64,000 nt of DNA from Promethearchaeota archaeon (GCA_048938105.1 JBHLMN010000010.1:128001-192000), one strand, 5' to 3'; shown: positions 49,903 to 59,951, counted from the first letter of the stretch. A program made the numbers and translations. The notes: generated by a model not told the origin, from the sequence alone.

Positions 49903-51567
49903 TTAAAATAAATACATTATTGGAGGAAATAACGCTGGTACTATTAATGCAATCACACTTAAAACAATAGCAGGAATAGAAAAGAGAACTAAATCACTCT
50001 CTACATCCAAATGATTTGTATAAGGTGTATTGCCAGCAAAATCTAAACCTATGAACATACTAACAAGTAATGTTAATGCAATCCAGAAAATTAAATTTGG
50101 CAACGATATACCTGGATCTTGCACCACCATATAGATAATTACGGTGATTACACTTCCTAAACCAAAAATAACTCCTTTAGTAAAGAAGGAATTGGTGAAA
50201 TTAAAAAGCGGGTATATCCATGCAAAAAGCATTGATAAGACTATTCCGAGGGCCATGAGGCGAAGGATAACATTAAACCAAAAAACTGCCCCTATAACTT
50301 GAAAAAACATTAGTATTGCTGCTAAAAGCATTAGTGGGAAGAAAAAAGTTACCAAAATAAAGAAAGAATGCTGTAAACCCATCAAAGTCCTAAAGGAGAA
50401 TTGAAATTTTACCTTGGCATGATTTTTTTCCTTTTTCTGCGACCTAAGAAATGAATTTAAATCATCAATATATACAGGACCGAATCTTGGTTTCCATCCC
50501 TGTTTCTTTAGCTCTTTATGATCTACTCCTGTAGCTGAAAGCTGAGGTAGTGTTATCTCCTTATGATTCACATGTTCATCTACATCAAAAAGCCTCAGGG
50601 CGTCGGAAATCTGAGAATGAGTGAAATGCTTCCCTCCAGCGGCACACCATACATTAATCCCACTAGAATCAACTATTAAAACATAACATGTAATGTTCTG
50701 TTTAACTAGCGATCGCCAAACTGCCCATACAGTCCAGTAATAATTCCCTGTAATTAGAAGTGGTGATTGAGGAGAAGGTGTTCCAACGGTGTACAATCCT
50801 GGTGAAATTGATTTTCGGGTAAATATTCCATTGAGAATGCACCAAGCCACTTTTAATCCCTTAAAGTGTTTTCCTAATACTGTTTCAAATGAAGATATTG
50901 GCTTAATTCGAATTTCTGTGGCTAGCTTTGGCTGACATTCAAAAAATTTTATGGGACTCTTTTCATAGAGTAGTTTGAATGAAAAAAACGGGGTAAGTAA
51001 CGATTCGAAATCTTTAATCGGGTGTGTGGAGACGATATTCTTCATTATGCTTAATTGCGAATTCATAAAATGCTTGAATGAGAAGACGAGTTTTTTGAAA
51101 GAAGATGTAGGATAACTGTCAGCTGCAATAAACATTGTCCCCGATTCTTTTAATAATTGAGCTGTTTGCTTCAGAAAAAGTTTTTGCCTAAGAGGTGAAA
51201 ATTCGGAAAGCGCAAAAGTTGATATTATCACGTCAAATTTACCAATATTCTTTAACTTATTAAATATCTGATATGATACAAAATCACCCTGAATAAAGTC
51301 AATATCAACGTTTTCTGTAATTGATTTTTCCTTTGCATAGGCTATCATTTCTGCTGAAATATCCACTGCAGTTAATTTTAATCCTCTTTTTCGAAGGTAA
51401 ACTGCTAACTGGCCAGTCCCACAACCAATTTCAAGAATGTGGCCTTGGACTCCTATTCTCTCTTTAATCATTTCATAAATTAGTTGTGATTCGGGAAAGA
51501 GTTTATGAAATTCCTCATCATAACTTTCAGGTTTTTTTTCAAGGATTTTCATATAAATAAGACTCAT
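49903..51567 (-). CDS. Class I SAM methyltransferase fused to HgcA-like corrinoid + TM protein
   Basis: LEIGCGTG, VDIS..M, QGD (MTase); PGLY.VG.P...P.L.TGNY, GINVWCAAGG, LPQLSATGV, FGPV (HgcA corrinoid domain); 4-5 TM with DFAGNTPYT. Confidence 0.85.
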   Translation of the reverse strand: MSLIYMKILEKKPESYDEEFHKLFPESQLIYEMIKERIGVQGHILEIGCGTGQLAVYLRKRGLKLTAVDISAEMIAYAKEKSITENVDIDFIQGDFVSYQIFNKLKNIGKFDVIISTFALSEFSPLRQKLFLKQTAQLLKESGTMFIAADSYPTSSFKKLVFSFKHFMNSQLSIMKNIVSTHPIKDFESLLTPFFSFKLLYEKSPIKFFECQPKLATEIRIKPISSFETVLGKHFKGLKVAWCILNGIFTRKSISPGLYTVGTPSPQSPLLITGNYYWTVWAVWRSLVKQNITCYVLIVDSSGINVWCAAGGKHFTHSQISDALRLFDVDEHVNHKEITLPQLSATGVDHKELKKQGWKPRFGPVYIDDLNSFLRSQKKEKNHAKVKFQFSFRTLMGLQHSFFILVTFFFPLMLLAAILMFFQVIGAVFWFNVILRLMALGIVLSMLFAWIYPLFNFTNSFFTKGVIFGLGSVITVIIYMVVQDPGISLPNLIFWIALTLLVSMFIGLDFAGNTPYTNHLDVESDLVLFSIPAIVLSVIALIVPALFPPIMYLF

Positions 51568-51757
51568 TCTTATTCAATTCCACTAGGTCTCTTATAAAAT
51601 TGAATCAGCTTTAAAATGAATACTACTCTTCTAAACTTCTTTCAGCTATAAATTAGTTCCTGCCCGAAACTCGAAAGCATGATTTTTATGTTCTTCATAA
51701 AGAAGTTCTATGTTTTCAAAGCCTTCATTAATGAATAGCTCTATTTTTAAGAATTGT

Positions 51758-52753
51758 TTAAAGTATAAATGAGATATTTAAGCCCACAAAGAGAAAGAAA
51801 ATTATAAAAAAGAGGACTCCTGTTGATGTGGACATATTCTTCCTAATGAGATTAAAAACGAGTAATATCAAGATAATGAAACAGAGTATTGAGCTAAAGA
51901 CCATAATTGCCTCAAATTCAAATTGAATGATAATTAGCCCACAGATCCCAAAAATGAGTGTAGTATTCCATAAAATCTTTCCAATCTGGGCACTTATTCC
52001 GAGTTCAGTTTGACCTTTTTGAATCGATTTGACGATTAACCAAAATTCTTCGACATTAGTGACAAACGCCATAATGATGAGGCCAAAAAAGGTTTCAGAT
52101 AACCCTGTGAAAAGGACTAGTTGCTCCGCGCTCGTCACTAAAGTCTCACCACCAAGAAAAATAACTACAAGAGAGAAAAGAATTTTAAAAGCAATCATGA
52201 GCCTGTGATCTTCTTCTCCCTCGTCATCATCTGCAGGTCTACTTGCGTTAACTTGATCTTTTGCCTCCTGTGTTGATAAGAATTCACGATACTTGTTCTG
52301 AACTTTAACGCTGTTAATAACATAAGTACCAAAAATAGCCAAATTTATTAGCGCAAATAGGAGAAGAAAATGGGGGAGTATCATAGAAATTGTAATTGAG
52401 ATGCCTCCAATGAGTAAAAGACTATAATAGAACAAAGGGATTTGCTGGAAGTCAAATTTGAGAAATAATGCAGGAAGCCCAAAAGCGATCGCCACAGCTA
52501 TTATCGTGTTACCAATTAAATTTCCCAGAGAAAGATAGGGAAACCCACTAGAAGCAGCGATCAATGACACAATACTCTCTTCTAGATCAACCCCCAAAAT
52601 AAACATGCCTACAATAACAGGGGAGATAGTATATACTTCACTAAAATCTTCTAACAGATCGATAATATAATCTGCAAAGAAATATATCACTACATAACCA
52701 ATGAGAAACAAAATAACCCAGAATAAGAGTTCTAGATTCATAACCCATAACAA
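51758..52753 (-). CDS. Na+/Ca2+ antiporter (CaCA) family
   Basis: Two alpha-repeats (GVDLEE..GNLIGN; TNVEE..AQIGK) and an acidic central loop. Confidence 0.8.
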   Translation of the reverse strand: MLWVMNLELLFWVILFLIGYVVIYFFADYIIDLLEDFSEVYTISPVIVGMFILGVDLEESIVSLIAASSGFPYLSLGNLIGNTIIAVAIAFGLPALFLKFDFQQIPLFYYSLLLIGGISITISMILPHFLLLFALINLAIFGTYVINSVKVQNKYREFLSTQEAKDQVNASRPADDDEGEEDHRLMIAFKILFSLVVIFLGGETLVTSAEQLVLFTGLSETFFGLIIMAFVTNVEEFWLIVKSIQKGQTELGISAQIGKILWNTTLIFGICGLIIIQFEFEAIMVFSSILCFIILILLVFNLIRKNMSTSTGVLFFIIFFLFVGLNISFIL

Positions 52754-52846
52754 TTAACCTATTGCTTTATTCTTTTTGCCTTAAAAGTTATGTAATTAAT
52801 AGGGTAAAGTCTCCAAGACTTTACGACTGCTTGTTCTTGGAGTTCA

Positions 52847-53116
52847 GTGTGGTCATTTCAGATTAATATGACCTCAACATCAACTACAATCCCAAAAACA
52901 ACTACGAGTGAAGAAATAATTTCCCCCACTACCACATGGACTCGTGAAACAACCCCAGCAACTTCTCCTGCAACAACTCGTGAAACTTCTGAAAAAAAAT
53001 CGGCCCCGCAAATTGCTGCACTAGACCCAGGTATTATTCCACTTGCGGTTAGTGGAATGATCCATGGTGGTAGTATAGCAATAGGAGTGTATGCTATCAA
53101 AAGAAAAGTACGTTAA
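52847..53116 (+). pseudogene. Orphan C-terminal fragment of a surface protein
   Basis: Thr-rich linker, DPG, hydrophobic segment and KRKVR, with no globular domain. Confidence 0.5.
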
Positions 53117-53358
53117 AAGATTATAAGCTCATGGGATCTCCAAGAACATTAGTCATATTACACTCCTACTGCTTTATAATCCATTTCACTTAACCTTTTG
53201 GTTTACGAATAACCTGAGGTAACATAACAGTCAACCAAAACCGCAGATTGCTACTAATATAAGCTCTGACTTACGATTTACTCAAAAATATCTTTTTTTA
53301 ACTAGAAAAAATGAATTGTACCATAGTAGAAAGAGTCTAAAGGAAGAGTATATTAACA

Positions 53359-54222
53359 ATGGATAATTTATCTGATGTACAAATTAAAAACATTCTTCTT
53401 CCAGTGGATAGATATCATCCCTCTCTTCACGCAATCGAATTTTGTGTGCTTCTAGCAAAAAAATATGATTCGAAAGTGAAAGTTCTGCATGTTGTTCCAG
53501 AAAATATGATTCGATCGCTTTCTGATTCAGATTTGCAGCATAGATTGAAGGATGAACTTAAAGGTCACTTAGAACAAAGTGGAAGAATAGCGATTAGCAA
53601 TGCAAAAGCTATTTTCACTGAAGAAGGCATCCCAGTTGAAACAACCCTTATTGAATTTGGAAATCCCACAAAAACAATTCTTAATATGTCTAGTAACTAT
53701 GATTTAATTGTAATAGGTGTAAATGGTGAAGTGGGATATAATATAGGTTCAGTGCTAAAAGAGGTTCTTAATAATAGTCACAGTAATGTTTTAGCAATTA
53801 AAGGAAAGAAACCTTGTAATAATGTTCTTGTAGGTTATGATGGTTCTGAAGATTCAAAAATGGCCTTAAAATATGCCAGTGATATTTGTCAGAAATTTAG
53901 TGCTTCATTATTAATTGCTAATGCAACAAAATCAATCTTACCAGTGATAAGAACAGGTGTAACCAAAAAAAGGTCTGAAGCTCTTTTAAACGAAGCAAAA
54001 AGATTAATAGAGAATGTTGATATAGACATTAAATTGCAGACAATAGCTCAAAAACCAGCTCAGGGATTAAAGAAAATCGCAGAGAAAGAAAATGTAGATT
54101 TAATTGTAATTGGAAACAAGGGGAGAAGTATGATTAATAGACTTGTTATGGGATCAGTAAGTAAGAAAATAAATAAAAATGCAAAGATATCAGTGCTTAC
54201 TGTAGGCACATTTGGAAACTAA
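53359..54222 (+). CDS. Universal stress protein (tandem USP domains)
   Basis: ILLPVD..S..A; VLVGYDGS; DLIVIG..G....GSVS. Confidence 0.92.
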   Translation: MDNLSDVQIKNILLPVDRYHPSLHAIEFCVLLAKKYDSKVKVLHVVPENMIRSLSDSDLQHRLKDELKGHLEQSGRIAISNAKAIFTEEGIPVETTLIEFGNPTKTILNMSSNYDLIVIGVNGEVGYNIGSVLKEVLNNSHSNVLAIKGKKPCNNVLVGYDGSEDSKMALKYASDICQKFSASLLIANATKSILPVIRTGVTKKRSEALLNEAKRLIENVDIDIKLQTIAQKPAQGLKKIAEKENVDLIVIGNKGRSMINRLVMGSVSKKINKNAKISVLTVGTFGN

Positions 54223-54366
54223 GGAACTCTTTAATGTTTCACATTGACCAAGTTTTGAGATCGAAGGAGGTAGCTCTATGTTTATACATCCTTACTTATT
54301 CACTAAATCCTTTAGATTAACCTCAAGAAACAAAGATAGAAAGTTTAAACAAGGAAGACATGCAGA

Positions 54367-55884
54367 ATGCTGACCACACACAAAATGTTTGAAGAGATAT
54401 TCAAAATAGCTGATGATGGGATCCCAGAGTTTAAAACTTATTTCAACGGGACATGGGCTTTTGATGACAGATTTCTGGATATAAAAAGTCCTATAGATGG
54501 GAAAATCATTGCACGTATACCCCAACTATCTGAAGATAAAATTACCACGGCAATTGAAGCAGCGTATACGAAAGGAAAAGAAGAGATTCGAAGTTACCCA
54601 GGGGAAAAGAGAGTCAGCAATTTCTTGAAAGCAGCAGAACTAATGAAAGAAGCTTTTGAAGATTTTGTGAATGTCCTCATTTTAGATACGGGTAAACCTC
54701 GGCAGAAGAATGCTGAAGGGGAAGTCAAAGCAACAATTGAACGCCTAGAAAGGACAACTATGGAAAGCACACGGTTAATTGGAGAATTTATCCCCGGAGA
54801 TTGGAGTGATGAAACACTTGAGACTCAAGGAATAGTTAAAAGGGAACCATTCGGTGTGGTTTTAACAATTGGTCCGTTTAATTATCCTCTATTCATCCCT
54901 GCCACTAAAATTATCCCTGCTCTGCTTGTCGGTAATGCAATAATATTAAAACCAGCTTCAGTAGCTCCACTAGCACCATTGATGTTTACAAGGATATTAG
55001 AGCTGGCTGGCTTTCCCAAACATAGCTTTACTACCTTAACACTTAGGGGTAGCGATACTAATATGTTAGTACAAAGTGGTAAAATCTGTGCGATCAGTTT
55101 TACTGGTAGTACCCAAATCGGAGCAGAAATTATCAGAAATGCTGGTATTAAAGCATTTCACCTGGAACTGGGAGGTAAGGATCCAGCAATCGTTCTAAAT
55201 GATTCTGATCTTGGAACTACGGTTAACAAACTAGTAAAAGGAATAGTGAGTTACTCTGGACAACGGTGTGACGCAATACGATTGATACTGGTCGAAAAGC
55301 AGGTACATGATCAAGTAAAGAGTATGTTAATTGACCAATTAATGAATATATCCCCTAAGAATCCCCTTGAAGATACTTCAGCCATTATGGGGCCAGTAAT
55401 TGATGAAAAAAGTGCTCTGTTCATTGAGGAAGTCTATAATGATGCCATTGATAAAGGCGCCAAACCATTACTTAAACTCAAACGTACGAGGAATTATGTC
55501 TGGCCTCTCCTATTAGAGGTTACAAAAAGTATACTTCCTACCCTTAAGGCGTTTCAAGAAGATGTTTTTGGTCCATTAACTCTGATGCTTAAAGTTCAGG
55601 ATGAAGATGAAGCAATTGAAATCGCCAACTCCTCTAAATTTGGCTTAGATGCTTCAATCTTTGGGCAAGATGGATCTCGAATAAGAAAAATTGCTCGGAA
55701 ACTCCAGGTTGGTGCAGTGTTCATTAATGAGTATCCTCGTCATGGAATTGGCTATTATCCGTTTGGAGGTATGAAGCAGAGTGGGATTGGCAGAGAGGGA
55801 ATCGGCTATTCCACCTGGCAATTGACTACAACCAAAACAATAGTCCACAATTTCAAAGGCTATGGTGTGTGGGAGTACCTTTGA
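54367..55884 (+). CDS. gapN: Non-phosphorylating NAD(P)-dependent glyceraldehyde-3-phosphate dehydrogenase
   Basis: ALDH motifs PFNYP, FTGS, ELGGKD, SGQRC, EDVFGP; IPGDW and GYGVWEY typical of archaeal GapN. Confidence 0.85.
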   Translation: MLTTHKMFEEIFKIADDGIPEFKTYFNGTWAFDDRFLDIKSPIDGKIIARIPQLSEDKITTAIEAAYTKGKEEIRSYPGEKRVSNFLKAAELMKEAFEDFVNVLILDTGKPRQKNAEGEVKATIERLERTTMESTRLIGEFIPGDWSDETLETQGIVKREPFGVVLTIGPFNYPLFIPATKIIPALLVGNAIILKPASVAPLAPLMFTRILELAGFPKHSFTTLTLRGSDTNMLVQSGKICAISFTGSTQIGAEIIRNAGIKAFHLELGGKDPAIVLNDSDLGTTVNKLVKGIVSYSGQRCDAIRLILVEKQVHDQVKSMLIDQLMNISPKNPLEDTSAIMGPVIDEKSALFIEEVYNDAIDKGAKPLLKLKRTRNYVWPLLLEVTKSILPTLKAFQEDVFGPLTLMLKVQDEDEAIEIANSSKFGLDASIFGQDGSRIRKIARKLQVGAVFINEYPRHGIGYYPFGGMKQSGIGREGIGYSTWQLTTTKTIVHNFKGYGVWEYL

Positions 55885-56195
55885 AAATCTAATACGTGAA
55901 TTCAATAATTACGACAAAACAAAGAGTAAATATTCGAATTTGACTCTACGAGGAGGTAAATCTGGATTCGGAGGAGGAAGATCCACCATCATCTCATGAT
56001 CAACCTATGAGTCGTTTTCTAATCCTAGAATTATTTTTGTTTGCCACAGATAAATTATATCAAATGCAATGTCCAAGTCAAAGGTGTTTTGAAAAACGGG
56101 GGTGTTGGGAAATTAGAAATAGAGAACGAAATAAATTTAAGCCTTTTTTTCTAATCAATCCATTTTCATCGAAGGTATCTGTTGCGAATGTGAAT

Positions 56196-56675
56196 CTAAC
56201 TTGTTAGTTTTTTAGTGATATGGAAATAGAATTGTATCACTAGTACCATTGTGACAACCAAGCTTAATAATCCAATAATTGCAGCATGACCAGGCATGTT
56301 CATTATTAGAAGAATTAATATCGAAAAAAGATTCAAAGTTAGAAAAGAAAGCAAGATAAACACATTTGGTACAGCTTTTCCCCGAATAAAATAATGATCC
56401 AGCATTATAGAGATAGGGATTTTTTTGATCGTAGAATAAGGTTCAGTGATTTTATACTTACTACCTACTAATTGTTCAATAATGTTATGCTGTATCAGTT
56501 TATTAAGATGCCAGTGAACACTACTGGGGCTAGAAAACTCTAATGCTCTCTGAATTTCTCGGACACCGAGGGGTTTATCCTTAAGGCGCAGATAGATGAA
56601 CACTCGAGCTGTAGTTGTGTTAGAAAAAAGATTGTCTAATATTTTTGTTTCTACTAAGGTCATATTACTTTTCAC
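56196..56675 (-). CDS. Membrane-bound wHTH transcriptional regulator
   Basis: GVREIQRALEFSSPSSVHWHLNKL followed by two C-terminal TMs. Confidence 0.85.
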   Translation of the reverse strand: MKSNMTLVETKILDNLFSNTTTARVFIYLRLKDKPLGVREIQRALEFSSPSSVHWHLNKLIQHNIIEQLVGSKYKITEPYSTIKKIPISIMLDHYFIRGKAVPNVFILLSFLTLNLFSILILLIMNMPGHAAIIGLLSLVVTMVLVIQFYFHITKKLTS

Positions 56676-56717
56676 CTAGTTAATATTGTAAGACAATAGG
56701 TTGGCTAGGTGACTTCT

Positions 56718-57548
56718 TCAGGCTAGATATTGCCGTAAAGTACTATTTAATGTAATGAAATAAGGTTGAGCGAACACTTGTTCAAGATTATCTAATTTTA
56801 AAAAATAGTACCTCTCAGTTTTGATATTACCCCATGTCACATTATAAGTAGCAACTCCAGCCATCCAATTCCAGGAAGGTATAGAATGATGTATTATTCC
56901 ATTTTCATTCTCATATTCAATTGATAATTTACCTTTATAGTGACGAACGCTCATAATGATACCCTCATTAAAATACCCTATGTAAATGTAGACGTTTTGC
57001 ATTCCATAATAGACGGTGTAGATGCTTGGAATCCGAGAAACAAAAGAATTTGTGTCAAGTTCAATTTCTTCAACAAGGTATTCTTCTAAAGTGATCGGAA
57101 TACCATTAGTGATGATTATATCTACTGTTTCCCGAAATGATTGGCATAATTCCTCGAGATCAGTTTGACTTATATCAAATTGAGTTTGATTTGAGTCCAA
57201 TCTATCATTATCAGTTAAATTGATGAATTTTATCTTATCAAAATGACGATTAAAAGTAGTCCACTTTTCAGTTGTTGAGTTATACAATGTTCTAACAGCT
57301 GTAATATTATCATACCACACAGTAGTATTAAACCACCTAGTCATCATATTTCCATCATGATAGTCATAGTAACAGATTTTATTTCCCATGTAATATGGTA
57401 ATTCATCTTGATTAATCCATTTTTGAAGATCAACTGGAGTGTCGATTAACCTTGGAGCAAATAAAATATTACTAAATCCAAGTCCGGCAATTAATACGAT
57501 AATAAATAAAACAAAACCTACTGCCACAGATTTTACAATGGTCTTCAT
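56718..57548 (-). CDS. Membrane-anchored extracellular hypothetical protein
   Basis: N-terminal TM, several N-x-T/S sequons. Confidence 0.75.
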   Translation of the reverse strand: MKTIVKSVAVGFVLFIIVLIAGLGFSNILFAPRLIDTPVDLQKWINQDELPYYMGNKICYYDYHDGNMMTRWFNTTVWYDNITAVRTLYNSTTEKWTTFNRHFDKIKFINLTDNDRLDSNQTQFDISQTDLEELCQSFRETVDIIITNGIPITLEEYLVEEIELDTNSFVSRIPSIYTVYYGMQNVYIYIGYFNEGIIMSVRHYKGKLSIEYENENGIIHHSIPSWNWMAGVATYNVTWGNIKTERYYFLKLDNLEQVFAQPYFITLNSTLRQYLA

Positions 57549-57612
57549 ATTAAATTTCCTCTTAATTGAAAAGTAAAGACTTCTTCAGACTGTGTTACTC
57601 AATAATCAAGAT

Positions 57613-57678
57613 GTATATAAATACACACATTGAACACTCGTGTACATGGCTTGAACATTAATGTACACTCCCTGAACA
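57613..57678 (-). promoter_or_regulatory. TATA box with upstream tandem pseudo-palindromic operator boxes
   Basis: TTTATATA on the minus strand at about 57614-57621; ttgaacactcgtgtaca (57630-57646) and ttgaacattaatgtaca (57651-57667), 21-bp spacing. Confidence 0.6.
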
Positions 57679-57758
57679 GTATCTAAAAGATGATCTTAAA
57701 TCAGATTTACTGGGTATAAACCATTAGGAAATAATATTAGGCATAGGGAAGAATAGAA

Positions 57759-57944
57759 ATGAGTTCTAGATCTTCGTATTATCACACTCCCAAAGGTAAA
57801 GAAATTATGAGAGAAGCTCAGAAGCGATATGACCAAACATCTAAAGGAAAAGCAGCTAGGAAAAGAGCTTCAGAAAAGCAAAGGAAAAAACTCAAAGAAG
57901 ATCCTGAATATAGAGAAAAAAGAAGGGAATACAATAAACAATAG
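57759..57944 (+). pseudogene. Basic helical-repeat fragment (virus/HNH-associated-like)
   Basis: YYHTPKGKE...YDQTSKGKA repeated unit; ends early. Confidence 0.4.
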
Positions 57945-58077
57945 AACTCAACAGTTTATATCCCCCTGAGTCTTAAATATCCGAAAAAAACTTCTTTGTC
58001 AAAATGAATTCTTGTATATTTTTTTCCTTATACCAATCATATTGAGTACATGGGAGGCCTTGTAGGAATCATTTTAG

Positions 58078-58293
58078 GCACAGCTCAAACATCCAGCAGG
58101 TACTCCACGAATGCAATGTAATGCCTATGGACTATATGTTTGTAAAGAAGCCATGGCACGATTGCTTGCCCGTGGGATTAAACCTAATCCTACAAACACT
58201 GCTCGAGAGGGTCGCTTCTCTAAAAAGCTGATTTATGAGCGAGAAGACCTACGTGCCTTATTTGAGGATGACAAAGAGGAAAACGAAATATGA
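58078..58293 (+). pseudogene. Chimeric remnant: RING-like fragment joined to a DUF6262/TnpC-like HTH
   Basis: KHPAGTPRMQCNAYGLYVCKEA matches the C-terminus of the 39787 ORF; followed by AMARLLARG..NPTNTAREG.FS..LIY...DLR. Confidence 0.5.
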
Positions 58294-58478
58294 GGTATAT
58301 TCCCCCTTTTATCTTCCCCTTCCCTCTTTTTTTCAATTTTTTTATATAATTTAAATTAAATTTTAGTACTATGAATTTAGATTTTAGGATATATAAAAAA
58401 TAAAATCCCTCTCCACTAGATTTTTTTTATTTTCTTTAATATAGATTCTGAATTTCAAGTAATTAGTTCTAGCTTGGT

Positions 58479-59471
58479 TTATACAGTAATCTCGATGCTA
58501 AGTTTCCGTACTAGCTCTTTGTAGCGGTTTCGGACAGTTACCTCCGTAACATGGGCTACTTCACTGATTTCCCGTTGTGTTCGTCGTTCTCCATTGATTA
58601 TTCCCGAGATGTAGATTGCTGCTGCCGCAAGTCCCGTTGGGTCTTTTCCTGCTGTCAGTCCTGCCGCTTTTGCCCGTTTTAGGATAGAGGCGGCTTTTCG
58701 TTGACACACGCCTGACAGTCGTAGTTCTGTTCCGAATCGCACTAGGTAGTCTATGGGTGACGCTAGTGGGATGTTCAGGTACAGTTCGCGGAGGAGCAGT
58801 CGATAACATCTGCCTAGTTCTTTTTTGGTGATCCGTGATTCTTTTGCGATTTCGTCCAATGTTCGGGGTACACGTCGTACTCGTGCGGATGCGTAGATGG
58901 TCGCCGCGACCATAGCTTCGATCGATCGTCCCCGTACTAGGCGTTTTTCGATTGCTTTCCGGTAGATGATTGCTGCGGTTTCCTTTACATTTCGTGGGAT
59001 TCCCAGCTGGCTTGCTAACCTGTCCATTTCGGACATTGCGAATGCCAGGTTTCTGTCCATGGACGAGTGGACTCGGGTCCGTATCTGCCATTTTCTGAGT
59101 CGGTAGATTTGTGCTCGCCGTGATGCTGACAGTTTATTGCCGAATGTGTCCCGATTTTCGTATCCTATGATGGTTGAGAGTCCTTTGTCGTGTACTGAGA
59201 ATGTTGATGGTGATCCCACCCGACTTCGTTTATCTCGTTCTTCTGAGTTAAATGCCCGCCATTCGGGTCCTTCATCGATCAGTCGTGTTTCCAGTACGTA
59301 CCCGCATTTTTCGCAGATCAGTTCTCCCCGGTTTTCATCTGCTACGATATCGGTTGACCCGCAATTTTTGCATTCGAGGATTTCTTCTTCGTCTTCTGCC
59401 GCTGCCTTTTTTTGGGGTTTCTCCTTGTCCCCTTTTATGAGTGCCATTCTCTGTGGGCTCCTTTTAATCAT
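58479..59471 (-). CDS. tfb: Transcription initiation factor IIB
   Basis: CKNC..CEKC Zn ribbon, GPEWRAF B-reader, two cyclin repeats (GRSIE; GKDP), TEVTVRNRYKEL. Confidence 0.98.
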   Translation of the reverse strand: MIKRSPQRMALIKGDKEKPQKKAAAEDEEEILECKNCGSTDIVADENRGELICEKCGYVLETRLIDEGPEWRAFNSEERDKRSRVGSPSTFSVHDKGLSTIIGYENRDTFGNKLSASRRAQIYRLRKWQIRTRVHSSMDRNLAFAMSEMDRLASQLGIPRNVKETAAIIYRKAIEKRLVRGRSIEAMVAATIYASARVRRVPRTLDEIAKESRITKKELGRCYRLLLRELYLNIPLASPIDYLVRFGTELRLSGVCQRKAASILKRAKAAGLTAGKDPTGLAAAAIYISGIINGERRTQREISEVAHVTEVTVRNRYKELVRKLSIEITV

Positions 59472-59951
59472 TATGGTGAGTAGTTTTTTCTTGCGTGTGG
59501 TCTTCTTCTCTTTCTTTTTCTATGTTGTAGAGTGTGGTGTCTCCCATTTTCTTCTTCGAGAGTGTTCTTTTAATCACACTCAACATCGGAAAAAGTAGTA
59601 CGCCATTCTGGAGTTATAATACTCTCTTATTCCTTTATTAGATCTCAGAAAATTATAATTTATAAACCTTTACATAGATTTTTATACTACATAGTAGTTA
59701 TCTTGCGGTCACGCCTTGCTTGAGCTCTAGTGGGCGTTATGGGGGATTTTCCTTTGGTATTTCTTTCGTTGGGGCTCGTCTTTTCGCTCTCTCTCGACTT
59801 GATGTCTATTCTGTTCTTTTGTCGGGACTGTTTTTGTTGTTCTCGGTTTTGTTTGCCTTTCTTTCTCTGGAAGGGGATTTTGTTGTCTCTGTTTCCAGTC
59901 TCTTCATCGATCCTTTGGATTTGTTCACCCAGTATGTGTTTAAGAATTTAC

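Noticed and set aside
49903-51567. Calling the gene canonical hgcA, or cdhD/acsC
   Set aside because: Cap helix is AAGG rather than AAGK and has an extra MTase domain, so no symbol was given; the TM domain and hgcB neighbour exclude a plain CFeSP subunit
58561-59598. Long alternative-frame and antisense ORFs over tfb
   Set aside because: Shadows of biased codon usage in tfb; no recognisable motifs
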